Shown: positions 8,779-16,343, numbered from the whole stretch's first letter. The stretch: 38,649 bases of DNA, filler included, from Desulfobacterales bacterium (GCA_040771865.1; 4 parts of 4 records of this genome joined end to end with filler, not necessarily neighbours in it), one strand, 5' to 3'. A program made the numbers and translations. Notes: a model not told the origin generated them from the letters alone.

Positions 8779-8791
8779 AAGAAGGGTTATT

Positions 8792-8980
8792 ATGATTGCG
8801 GAAAATGTAAAATTGACGCTAAACCGCTCATCCAGGAAATTTCAAAACTGCGAAATGTCAGAATCATGGGTCTGATGACGACGGGGCCCGGTTCGGAGAT
8901 CCTGAAGATTCCAGACCTTATTTCAGGGAAACGAAAGAGATATTCGATCAGATTTAAAAGATGAATCTATTTAATGCAGA
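8792..8980 (+). pseudogene. yggS: Decayed YggS/PLPBP (pyridoxal-phosphate homeostasis protein) remnant
   Basis: Manual translation: MIAENVK, deletion/shift, AKPLIQEISKLRNVRIMGLMTTGP, frameshift, RFGDPEDSRPYFRETKEIFDQI, premature TAA. The GLMT..P....PYF pattern is typical of YggS. Confidence 0.7.
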
Positions 8981-8999
8981 TCAGAAAGAGGAGTAAAAG

Positions 9000-9722
9000 A
9001 TGTCCGACACTTTTACATGGATGGCTGTATTCGCCATTTTTTCAGCATTGATCAATGCCGCAGGCATCTTTGCGATTGTCAAATATAAAAAATGGGCGGA
9101 AAAGACCAAGTCCTATTTTATGTGTTTTGCCGCCGGCGTTTTGATTTCAACGCCCTTGATGCTGGCCTTGCCTCAGGCGTTGCAAAAAAACCCTTACGCG
9201 GGATTTATGGCGGCGGGAGGATTTCTGTTCATGGTCTTTTCCAATAAACTCATCAGATACCATGCGCAAAAAGAAAATCTGGCCTTTGGCATTGTAGTTG
9301 CGGAAGGCATTGGGATTCACTCTTTTGTGGACGGCGTGATTTATGCCGTGACGTTCAGCGTCAGCATTCTTACCGGTTTTCTTTCCGCCACGGGCCTGGT
9401 GGTGCATGAATTTGCCGAAGGGGTCATCACCTACCTGGTTTTTATGCAAGCGGAAGTCAAACAAAGAACGGCCATCTTTTATGCGCTTTTGATCGCTTCC
9501 TTCACCACGCCTCTGGGCGCGTTTATCGCGTACCCTTTTATGGATAAGTTATCGTCAAGCGGCTTGGGATTGACGCTGGGATTCATCGCCGGCGTATTAA
9601 TTTATATTTCCGCTTCGCATCTTTTGCCTGAAGCCTTGGGCGACAAAAAGCAACACTCCATCTTTGCCTTTCTGGGCGGTGTCGGATTGGCCGTATTTAT
9701 TGTCTTGTCTAAATTTCTTTAA
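9000..9722 (+). CDS. ZIP (ZupT/GufA) family divalent metal transporter
   Basis: Multiple hydrophobic helices, FAAGVLI, IHSFVDG and VHEFAEG metal-site motifs, LIYISASHLLPE. Confidence 0.9.
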   Translation: MSDTFTWMAVFAIFSALINAAGIFAIVKYKKWAEKTKSYFMCFAAGVLISTPLMLALPQALQKNPYAGFMAAGGFLFMVFSNKLIRYHAQKENLAFGIVVAEGIGIHSFVDGVIYAVTFSVSILTGFLSATGLVVHEFAEGVITYLVFMQAEVKQRTAIFYALLIASFTTPLGAFIAYPFMDKLSSSGLGLTLGFIAGVLIYISASHLLPEALGDKKQHSIFAFLGGVGLAVFIVLSKFL

Positions 9723-9822
9723 AGATCACCTGGCGGGATGCCTGTGCGGGTCGGCGGAAAATCAAAAGGCGGGCATCATGCGCTTCTCCCAAAACAGTGC
9801 GTCTTCGTAAGGGCTCGCATAG

Positions 9823-9873
9823 AGTCGCATCACCAAGACTGTTATTAATAAATTAGTCGCATTTACGCGACTA
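9823..9873. promoter_or_regulatory. Second pair of GTCGCA-N4-TGCGAC-type enhancer sites
   Basis: GTCGCA-TCAC-CAAGAC (9824-9839) and GTCGCA-TTTA-CGCGAC (9856-9871), 32 bp apart, 113 bp upstream of the -24 GG. Confidence 0.8.
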
Positions 9874-9966
9874 TGTGTTGGTATCCGCCTGATTTCCGCA
9901 ATTTTGTTATCAATATATATGTTTGTAATGATTGTTATTATTACTAATTCTGATGATTTTTGCTCT

Positions 9967-9983
9967 CTGGTACATATAATGCA
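9967..9983 (+). promoter_or_regulatory. Second sigma54 (-24/-12) promoter
   Basis: CTGGTACATATAATGCA: GG 9969-70, 10 nt, GC 9981-82. Near-identical to 1678-1694, with an AT-rich tract upstream. Confidence 0.85.
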
Positions 9984-9995
9984 ATCATGTAAAGT

Positions 9996-10137
9996 AGGAA
10001 TGGAAATTTCCGGAAAATTGTCTTGGCGGTGAGGAGCGAAGGAATGGTGTCGGTTGCTAAGGCAAATGCCGTGGGCCTATTTTCCCGATGCCCGGTTGCC
10101 ATGGCGCGGATCGTCGCGTTTTTTCCGCGGCGGCTAA
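9996..10137 (+). pseudogene. Internally deleted remnant of the NifX-like gene at 1709-2098
   Basis: NGNFRKIVLAVRSE parallels NGYRRTIALAVWGD. AGGCAAATGCCG...GATGCCCGGTTGCC is shared with the 3' end of the intact copy. About 250 bp are missing and AGG sits at the start-codon position. Confidence 0.75.
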
Positions 10138-10171
10138 GATTAAAGATACATCAGTAAAAAAGGAGGTTCTT

Positions 10172-10528
10172 ATGCCAAGAGGTGATCAAAAGGGTCCTGC
10201 AGGGTTAGGACCGATGACAGGGAGAGCCGCGGGTTACTGTGCGGGATATACAGTGTCCGGATTTGCCAATCCGGTTTTGGGCCGCGGATACGGCGCGGGA
10301 TTCGGCCGGGGTCTGGGACTGGGATTCCGGGGCGGACGCGGAGGCCGGAGTGGACGCTTCGCGGCGCCTTATGCCGGCTACGGTTATGCCCTGCCGGTTG
10401 CACCTAACTGGGCGCCGTCGACACGCGAGCAGGAAATCGACGCCCTTCGAGGTCAGGCGAAATATTTTGAAGACGCACTGGGCGACATTAAAAAGCGGTT
10501 GGCCGAATTGGAAGCCCCCTTGTTCTAA
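10172..10528 (+). CDS. DUF5320 family protein, copy 2
   Basis: MPRGDQKGPAGLGPMTGRAAGYC, long nucleotide identity to 2127-2510, RBS AGGAGG just before ATG 10172 (the track start 10088 lies in the pseudogene). Confidence 0.88.
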   Translation: MPRGDQKGPAGLGPMTGRAAGYCAGYTVSGFANPVLGRGYGAGFGRGLGLGFRGGRGGRSGRFAAPYAGYGYALPVAPNWAPSTREQEIDALRGQAKYFEDALGDIKKRLAELEAPLF

Positions 10529-10577
10529 CCGGGACGGCAAGAAAGGCCAGGCGCAATAAACAAAGGGGAAACCCATC

Positions 10578-11087
10578 ATGAAGCCCTCCGATGCATCACT
10601 GGATTTGCAAGTTTATCCCGCTGAGGTTTTGAGGAAAATCTGTAAACCGGTGGAACAGTTTGACGCGGAGCTGCGAGAAATGATCAACGCAATGTTTGTC
10701 CTCATGCGCCAATGCGAAGGCATTGGTCTGGCCGCGCCACAGGCGGGACTTGCCAAACAATTTTTTGTCAGCGGCATTAAAAACGAAACGCTCGCGCTTG
10801 TCAATCCGGTCATTCTCGAAACCGGAAAAGAAACGCAAATGGTCGAAGGGTGTCTGAGCCTGCCCGGCATCTGCGTCAACGTCAAAAGAAACGACCGGAT
10901 TTATGTCGCCGGACTGGATGGGCGGGGGAAGAGAATACAATATGGACTCACCGGTCTGTGGGCGCGCGTGGTGCAACATGAAATGGATCATCTCAAAGGC
11001 GTTTTAATCTGCGACCACGGCGAACCGGTAACCGAGGAAACCCCGGAAACAACACGGGAAAACACAAGCGAACGTTATAAGATTTAA
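10578..11087 (+). CDS. def: Peptide deformylase
   Basis: All three PDF motifs are present: GIGLAAPQ, EGCLS, HEMDH. Confidence 0.95.
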   Translation: MKPSDASLDLQVYPAEVLRKICKPVEQFDAELREMINAMFVLMRQCEGIGLAAPQAGLAKQFFVSGIKNETLALVNPVILETGKETQMVEGCLSLPGICVNVKRNDRIYVAGLDGRGKRIQYGLTGLWARVVQHEMDHLKGVLICDHGEPVTEETPETTRENTSERYKI

Positions 11088-11136
11088 AGTTGGAAACGGC
11101 AGGACGCAAAATGCCGATTCCAAAGGGAAAGGATAA

Positions 11137-11622
11137 GTGAAAATGCGGAAAGAAAGATTAATCATTGTAAAAATTGATGAAAGCAAATGCACCGGCTGCG
11201 GGCTGTGTGTCGATGCCTGTCCTGTCGGAGCTATCACCATTGTGGAAACGGCAAAAATTGACGCAGGGCTTTGCACCGCTTGTTGCGCTTGCATAAACGA
11301 ATGCCCAAACGATACCATTTATACCGAACGCAAAGACAAAGCAAACGAGACCACATCTCCTCAGCCTGCGGCATCACGCACCCCCATTACCTCAGCCTCG
11401 ACGTCTCCGCTGCATGCGCCGTTTGCCGCGAGAGTTTCAGCTTTGCAACCGGCGCAAATGGGCGGTCTTTTGGACCGGGCGCTGAATTTTCTCTCCGGCG
11501 CCGCCCCATCGGGTCAAAGCCGGGGCAAGGGCCGGGGCGGAGGACGTGGCGGAGGACGCGGCGGGGGCCGGGGCATGGGCCGGGGTGGGGGACGCGGATA
11601 CGGCAACCGGAGACAGTCCTGA
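11137..11622 (+). CDS. 2x[4Fe-4S] ferredoxin with Pro/Ser/Thr linker and RGG tail
   Basis: CTGCGLCVDACP and CTACCACINECP motifs; tail GRGGGRGGGRGGGRGMGRGGGRGYG. Start uncertain. Confidence 0.85.
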   Translation: MKMRKERLIIVKIDESKCTGCGLCVDACPVGAITIVETAKIDAGLCTACCACINECPNDTIYTERKDKANETTSPQPAASRTPITSASTSPLHAPFAARVSALQPAQMGGLLDRALNFLSGAAPSGQSRGKGRGGGRGGGRGGGRGMGRGGGRGYGNRRQS

Positions 11623-11838
11623 TAAATGCGCAACCAACCGGACTAAAAAGAACCGCTGACATAAAGTTCGGCCGCCCTCCGTCGGGGTACAGTATTGATA
11701 ACGGCCCCGTTCGCGGATATCGCCGCGCCCGGTGGGATGTCGATCCGGACGGCAGGCGACTCCATACCTTCTCGCTACGACGTTGCGGGAGCCTGCTGCT
11801 GGATAAAAAGCCATAAGGCCATAAAGCGCTAATGTCTC

Positions 11839-11867
11839 TTGACGGAGCGATCCGGCGACATTATCTT
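11839..11867 (+). promoter_or_regulatory. Putative sigma70 promoter for the FmdB-type gene
   Basis: TTGACG (11839-44), 17 nt, TATCTT (11862-67), 40 nt upstream of ATG 11907. Confidence 0.45.
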
Positions 11868-11906
11868 TAACCAAAAGAATCAGAGGAATGGAAAGGAAAA
11901 CGTTTT

Positions 11907-12119
11907 ATGCCGTTTTATGAATATCAATGCAAAGATTGCGGCGAACACTTTGAACAGCTGGTATCAATTTCAGAGGCTTCCCGCAAACAGGTATGTCCCC
12001 ATTGCGGCAGCAAAAACACGGCAAAACAACTTTCTGTTTTTGCTGCGAAATCGCCTTCGTCCTCACTGTCCGGACCTTCAAGCGGAAGGGGATTTACGTG
12101 AGGAACCAGCGGTTGCTGA
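11907..12119 (+). CDS. FmdB-family zinc-ribbon protein, candidate selenoprotein (UGA 12099-12101 read as Sec); conventional end 12101
   Basis: MPFYEYQCKDC...CPHCGS...KQLSVF is the FmdB signature. The frame continues GFT-TGA-GTSGC-TGA with a SECIS-like hairpin directly 3' of the first TGA. Family call is strong; the extension is inference. Confidence 0.75.
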
Positions 12120-12145
12120 CCGCGGTCGCGGTCATGATGGGTTCC
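12102..12145 (+). promoter_or_regulatory. Putative bacterial SECIS element
   Basis: Lower stem GGAACC (12102-07)/GGTTCC (12140-45), upper stem TGACCGC (12117-23)/GCGGTCA (12128-34), apical loop GGTC starting 22 nt after the UGA. Confidence 0.65.
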
Positions 12146-12211
12146 CGATGACCCCAAAACCAATCTCGGGATTGTCCAGCGTATCTTTTGTATAAAAACA
12201 GCCGAAATTCC

Positions 12212-12961
12212 CTATTTCAAATTCGCGGGGAAAATTTCCGTGCCAGCCCCGAGAGGGATGAAGCGCTTCGCATATTCACGGGCGAAAAGCTCCCTGGCTC
12301 TTTCGCCGCTGCAATGGGATGCGGCCGCATAGCGGACCCCGAGGGATTTGAACTGCGCGATGATCTTTAGAATTTCTCCCTCGCTGTCGTCGAGCAGATG
12401 AAATCCGCCCATGACAAGCGCAAGATGGTCATTTGGTAAAATCCTTTTTGCGGTCTGAATGATGTGGACGATGCCGGGATGAGCGCAGCCGGTAATCACA
12501 ATGACTCCCGCAGGCGTTCTGAACAACGCCGCCTGCTCCCGCACGGGGCCGTTCAATTCGCCGGTGGTATAAAAGCCCGGGAAAATTTCCTGCGCTCCGT
12601 CAGCTTCCATCACAGGGACGCCGTAGCGTTTCATGTCTGCCTTGAAATGGGCAGAAAAAGAACGGGGCACCAAAACCCGAAGATCGCGGTTGGCGTCCAG
12701 AACCGAATAGATGCCGCCGGTGTGGTCCCAGTGTTGATGTGAAATCATCAATAAATCAATTGCCGCGGGATCTAGACCCAGCCGCGCCATGTTTTTCGAC
12801 AGAACCATGCCGTCGCAGCCGGTGTCGAATAAAATGTTTTTGCCGCCGTGCCGGATAAGACAGGAAAATCCCCAACAGGCTTCCAGATCCTCCGCGGTCT
12901 TGTAGTTGTCGCAGACAACGGTGACGAGCGGACGGACGTCTTCGGGTCGGGAAGGCTTCAT
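12212..12961 (-). CDS. MBL-fold metallohydrolase (COG1237-like)
   Basis: WGFSCLI, ILFDTG, SHQHWDHTGG, ITGCAHPG, MGGFHL, SHCSG. Start at ATG 12961 overlaps the HD gene stop (ATGA); the track extension to 13423 is spurious. Confidence 0.9.
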   Translation of the reverse strand: MKPSRPEDVRPLVTVVCDNYKTAEDLEACWGFSCLIRHGGKNILFDTGCDGMVLSKNMARLGLDPAAIDLLMISHQHWDHTGGIYSVLDANRDLRVLVPRSFSAHFKADMKRYGVPVMEADGAQEIFPGFYTTGELNGPVREQAALFRTPAGVIVITGCAHPGIVHIIQTAKRILPNDHLALVMGGFHLLDDSEGEILKIIAQFKSLGVRYAAASHCSGERARELFAREYAKRFIPLGAGTEIFPANLK

Positions 12962-13755
12962 TGCGCTTCTGTCCTTTCTTCGGAACTTGTCATTTTTGGG
13001 ATGCCGGCAAAAAGCTCCCGGATGAAAGGGGTCTCCGGCAGTTCTTTTTGCAGCCGGCCGATCAGGTCGCGGGAAACCGCGATCTGCCGGGATGAAAAAA
13101 AATTGAAATCGTAAAACCAGAAAGCCAGCATCAGCAGAAAGTCCGCAACCGTTCCCAGATGGCTTGTGGAGATGGACCTGTGTTTTTGAAATTCCTCCAC
13201 GACGGAGGGCGTCAGTTCCCGGCTTAAGCGAATGTGGGGCAGCATGCCGGGGAGGTCGCGAAATCCGTCGCGGGCGACGGATTGCAAAACCAGATCCATG
13301 ATATCCAGTTTGTCCGCGTCCCGAATGATGTTCAGCAACTGCCGGGCATTTTCGGGAAGGTCCGCGGGCAGATCGTCCGTTTTCCGGTTGTGATATTCGA
13401 CGGCGCAGGCAACACGCTCCCACTCATCTTTGTTCATCAGAGACGGCACGCCTTCGGCCTCCAGCGTCTTTCGGCCGGCCAGGCCGTGGTCCAGCGTATC
13501 CGCGTCCCGGAAAGTGCCGAACCAGCTGTATTGCGGAAACCGTCCGATGTCGTGAACCAGTCCGCAGATTTCCGCGAGCTGAATTTCCGACTCGTCGAGC
13601 TTCAGGCCGAGGGCAATAAGGCGTGCGTTCTCCGCGACGCGCCGGCTGTGGCGGTACTTGAGCTCCAGCGCGGCAGGCAGCAAATCCACCGCGTCTCGGT
13701 AGCGCGCCGTGTACCGTTCGAACCATTTGATCAGAAGCCGTTCTTTGGGGGTCAT
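12958..13755 (-). CDS. HD-domain metal-dependent phosphohydrolase
   Basis: KYRHSRRV, GLVHDIGRFPQY, DHG, YHN, IIRDADKLDI; RBS AGGAGA before ATG 13755. Confidence 0.88.
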   Translation of the reverse strand: MTPKERLLIKWFERYTARYRDAVDLLPAALELKYRHSRRVAENARLIALGLKLDESEIQLAEICGLVHDIGRFPQYSWFGTFRDADTLDHGLAGRKTLEAEGVPSLMNKDEWERVACAVEYHNRKTDDLPADLPENARQLLNIIRDADKLDIMDLVLQSVARDGFRDLPGMLPHIRLSRELTPSVVEEFQKHRSISTSHLGTVADFLLMLAFWFYDFNFFSSRQIAVSRDLIGRLQKELPETPFIRELFAGIPKMTSSEERTEAQ

Positions 13756-13786
13756 GTCTCTCCTGTGTGCCGAAAGGAGGAAAGGA

Positions 13787-14230
13787 TCATTTTTTCTTTC
13801 CAACGGCATAGTCCCGCAAAGCTTTGTGAAACGTGTTGGCGGCCAGCAGGGCGCAATGCTCTGAATCTTCGGGCATGCCGCCCAGGTGCTCCAGGATCGA
13901 ACTCTGATTGATTTTCAGGCACTCCCGGACCGTTTTTCCCTTAGCCATGACCGTGGCGGCCGTAGCCGCGGCGTGGGACGTCATGCAGCCGTCCGTCGTA
14001 TAGGAAATATCATCAATTTTATCGTTTCGAATCTTGAGAAACATTTCCATCGTGTCGCCGCAGGGGCCTTTGATTTTGGCGTAGCCGTCCGGTTTGTCGA
14101 GGCTTCCGTAATTGCGGGGGTTGTTTCCGTAATCCACAACCTTTTCGGAAAGACCGCCCGTGATTTTTTCCATGAGCAGGTCGATCATTTCCTGTTTGAT
14201 TTGCTCATCGCTTTTTTGTTCGCCTACCAT
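13787..14230 (-). CDS. IscU/NifU N-terminal-like Fe-S cluster scaffold protein
   Basis: NPRNYG, GPCGDTM, DGC, EHCALLA supply three conserved Cys; RBS AAGGAG. Confidence 0.9.
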   Translation of the reverse strand: MVGEQKSDEQIKQEMIDLLMEKITGGLSEKVVDYGNNPRNYGSLDKPDGYAKIKGPCGDTMEMFLKIRNDKIDDISYTTDGCMTSHAAATAATVMAKGKTVRECLKINQSSILEHLGGMPEDSEHCALLAANTFHKALRDYAVGKKK

Positions 14231-14296
14231 TTTACAACTCCTTCATCATCTTCTTTTCCCGGAGACGGGGCTTTAAATTCTTCCGCCTACCGTTGC

Positions 14297-14365
14297 TTAC
14301 AGTATCTTTTTACCTGCGTCGGGACCGCTTTTGATAAGATAAACATCCGTAATTTTTCCCACGAC
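14297..14365 (-). CDS. C-terminal fragment of a gene cut by the contig end, possibly pyridoxamine 5'-phosphate oxidase-like FMN-binding protein
   Basis: Manual translation VVGKITDVYLIKSGPDAGKKIL-stop. The GPDAGKKI ending resembles that family as recalled; only 22 residues are visible. Confidence 0.4.
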   Translation of the reverse strand, partial: VVGKITDVYLIKSGPDAGKKIL

Positions 14366-14366
14366 G

Positions 14367-14466
14367 NNNNNNNNNNNNNNNNNNNNNNNNNNNNNNNNNN
14401 NNNNNNNNNNTTAATTAATTAANNNNNNNNNNNNNNNNNNNNNNNNNNNNNNNNNNNNNNNNNNNN
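14367..14466. other. Artificial contig-join spacer
   Basis: N44-TTAATTAATTAA-N44 (stops in all six frames). Confidence 0.98.
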
Positions 14467-15912
14467 GATGTGGCGGAATTGATCCGCGCGGCAAGGCGCG
14501 CGTCCGCCGCCGTCAAAATTATCGTGACGTGCCGCAGGAAAGAAGAGTCTTTGCTTGCACAGGAAAACCTCCCGGCCCTTCCCGTAAAAGAAAGAACCAG
14601 TGCGGCCAAAATGAAGCTGCTTGAAACGGCTGTTTCATCCGGTGCGGATTTCATTGATATCGAGCTTGCGGAAGGGGAAAGCGCCATCTCCAGAATGCGA
14701 TCCCGGTGCCACAAGCGGCCAAATCCCGCGCGGCTGATCGTTTCCTGGCATGACCCGTTCAAAACCCCGTCTCTTGCCTGTTTGAAGAAAATCTTTGACG
14801 CTTGCGTACAGGTAGGCGCGGACATCGTGAAGATGGTCCCGTATGCCCGAAGCCTGTCCGATAATGCCACCGTTCTGAGCCTGATGGATTACGCGAAAGA
14901 TCAGGGGCGCGAAATCATCGCCATGTGCATGGGCGAGAAGGGGCAGATCAGCCGCGTGCTGGCGCCTTCGCGGGGAAGTTACCTGGGATTCACCGTTTTG
15001 CCGGGTGGCAGGGTTTCCGCGCCCGGCCAGTTGACGATCAGTGAGATGAGGGTATTTCAGAAACTTTTGTCCGGCCGTCAACGATTTTTTGAGCCGCCGC
15101 AGGGGGATCTCCATTTTGTTCTTCTGGGAAACCCCGTCCGTCAGAGCCTGTCGCCGCTGATGCATCAGTCGGCTTTCCGGGCGATGAAAGTGAATGCTTC
15201 CTACAGCGCTTTCCGCGTCGGCGATCTGGCCGCCGCTGTCGCCGGTATTCGGGCAATGAACATTCGGGGCGCATCGGTTACAATTCCGTTCAAAACGGAG
15301 GTCATGGACTATCTCGACGAAATAAACGCGGACGCGGCCGCCGTGGGGGCGGTCAACACGATCGTGAACGATGACGGCCGGCTGATCGGCCATAACACCG
15401 ACTGGTCGGCCCTGATGGATGCGTTGCGTGCGGAGACACAGATGAAGGGCAAGAAATTTATCATTCTGGGAGCGGGTGGAACAGCGCGGGCCGCCGCATA
15501 CGGAATCACAAAAGAAGGCGGAAGGCCGATCATTGTGAACCGGACGCCGGAGACGGGCAGGGAACTGGCCGCCCGGTTCGATTGTCCGTTTTATCCGTTG
15601 TCGGAAATCGATAAAGTCCGGGCCTTCGGCCTCATCCATACGACGCCGGTTGGCATGTTTCCGAACCTTCATTCATCGCCGGTCGATTCGTCCATTCTGG
15701 CCAACTACCGAGTTGTAGCGGATGTTGTTTACAATCCACTGAAGACCAGATTGATTCGGGATGCGGAGTCGAAAGGATGTAGGGTTGTCCCCGGGCTGGA
15801 GATGTTTGTTCGGCAGGGAGCGCGGCAGTTGAAGTTATGGACGGGCGGAAAAGCTCCCTTGGCCGTGATGAGAAACACAGTCCGCGAAAGGTTGATGCGG
15901 CATGAATCCTGA
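14467..15912 (+). CDS. aroDE: Bifunctional type I 3-dehydroquinate dehydratase / shikimate dehydrogenase (5' truncated)
   Basis: AroD motifs DFIDIEL, IVSWHD, DIVKMV, MGEKGQISR, SAPGQ. AroE motifs SLSPLMH, VTIPFK, AVNT, NTD, GAGGTA, DVVYNP, GLEMFVRQG. Confidence 0.92.
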   Translation, partial: DVAELIRAARRASAAVKIIVTCRRKEESLLAQENLPALPVKERTSAAKMKLLETAVSSGADFIDIELAEGESAISRMRSRCHKRPNPARLIVSWHDPFKTPSLACLKKIFDACVQVGADIVKMVPYARSLSDNATVLSLMDYAKDQGREIIAMCMGEKGQISRVLAPSRGSYLGFTVLPGGRVSAPGQLTISEMRVFQKLLSGRQRFFEPPQGDLHFVLLGNPVRQSLSPLMHQSAFRAMKVNASYSAFRVGDLAAAVAGIRAMNIRGASVTIPFKTEVMDYLDEINADAAAVGAVNTIVNDDGRLIGHNTDWSALMDALRAETQMKGKKFIILGAGGTARAAAYGITKEGGRPIIVNRTPETGRELAARFDCPFYPLSEIDKVRAFGLIHTTPVGMFPNLHSSPVDSSILANYRVVADVVYNPLKTRLIRDAESKGCRVVPGLEMFVRQGARQLKLWTGGKAPLAVMRNTVRERLMRHES

Positions 15913-16241
15913 AGCTAAATTGTCAAAACCTGTTTCAAGCGTGGAAGTGCCCGGCTCGAAAAGTCTGACGCAGCGGGCTTTGATTGCCGCCGCTCTGGCC
16001 ACGGGGAAATCGTTGATCCGGGGCGCTTTGATTGCTGAGGACACCCTGCGCCTGATGGAAGGTCTGAGGCTGCTGGGTGCGAGGCTGGAACAGGATACCA
16101 ATGGCATAAAAGTTATCGGCACCGGTGGGGCGATTGCCAAATTGGACCGTGAAATCTTTTTGGGAAACAACGGCACAGCGCTGCGGTTTTTAACGGCGCT
16201 GGTTTGCCTGGGACGCGGTATGTATGTTCTGACTGGGGAGC
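15902..16241 (+). CDS. aroA: 3-phosphoshikimate 1-carboxyvinyltransferase (EPSP synthase), 3' truncated
   Basis: VPGSKSLTQRALI, AEDT, LGNNGTALRFL, LTG; overlaps the aroDE end. Confidence 0.93.
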
Positions 16242-16341
16242 NNNNNNNNNNNNNNNNNNNNNNNNNNNNNNNNNNNNNNNNNNNNTTAATTAATTAANNN
16301 NNNNNNNNNNNNNNNNNNNNNNNNNNNNNNNNNNNNNNNNN
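16242..16341. other. Artificial contig-join spacer
   Basis: N44-TTAATTAATTAA-N44. Confidence 0.98.
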
Positions 16342-16343
16342 GC

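Noticed and set aside
10088..10171. N-terminal extension of DUF5320 copy 2 (MPGCHG...)
   Set aside because: Derived from the 3' end of the decayed nifX-like gene; the RBS and paralog alignment place the start at 10172.
11623..11838. Intergenic stretch that might hold a small ORF or RNA
   Set aside because: No RBS-supported ORF, recognisable motif or clear structure; could be another gene relic but I cannot support a call.
12962..13423. N-terminal 150 aa extension of the minus-strand MBL ORF
   Set aside because: Overlaps the HD gene in another frame; the MBL fold starts at ATG 12961 with ATGA coupling.
14411..14422. TTAATTAATTAA palindromes inside N runs (also 16286-16297, 37107-37118)
   Set aside because: Identical synthetic six-frame-stop linkers used to concatenate contigs; not biological. 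ORF ends reading LIN are artefacts.
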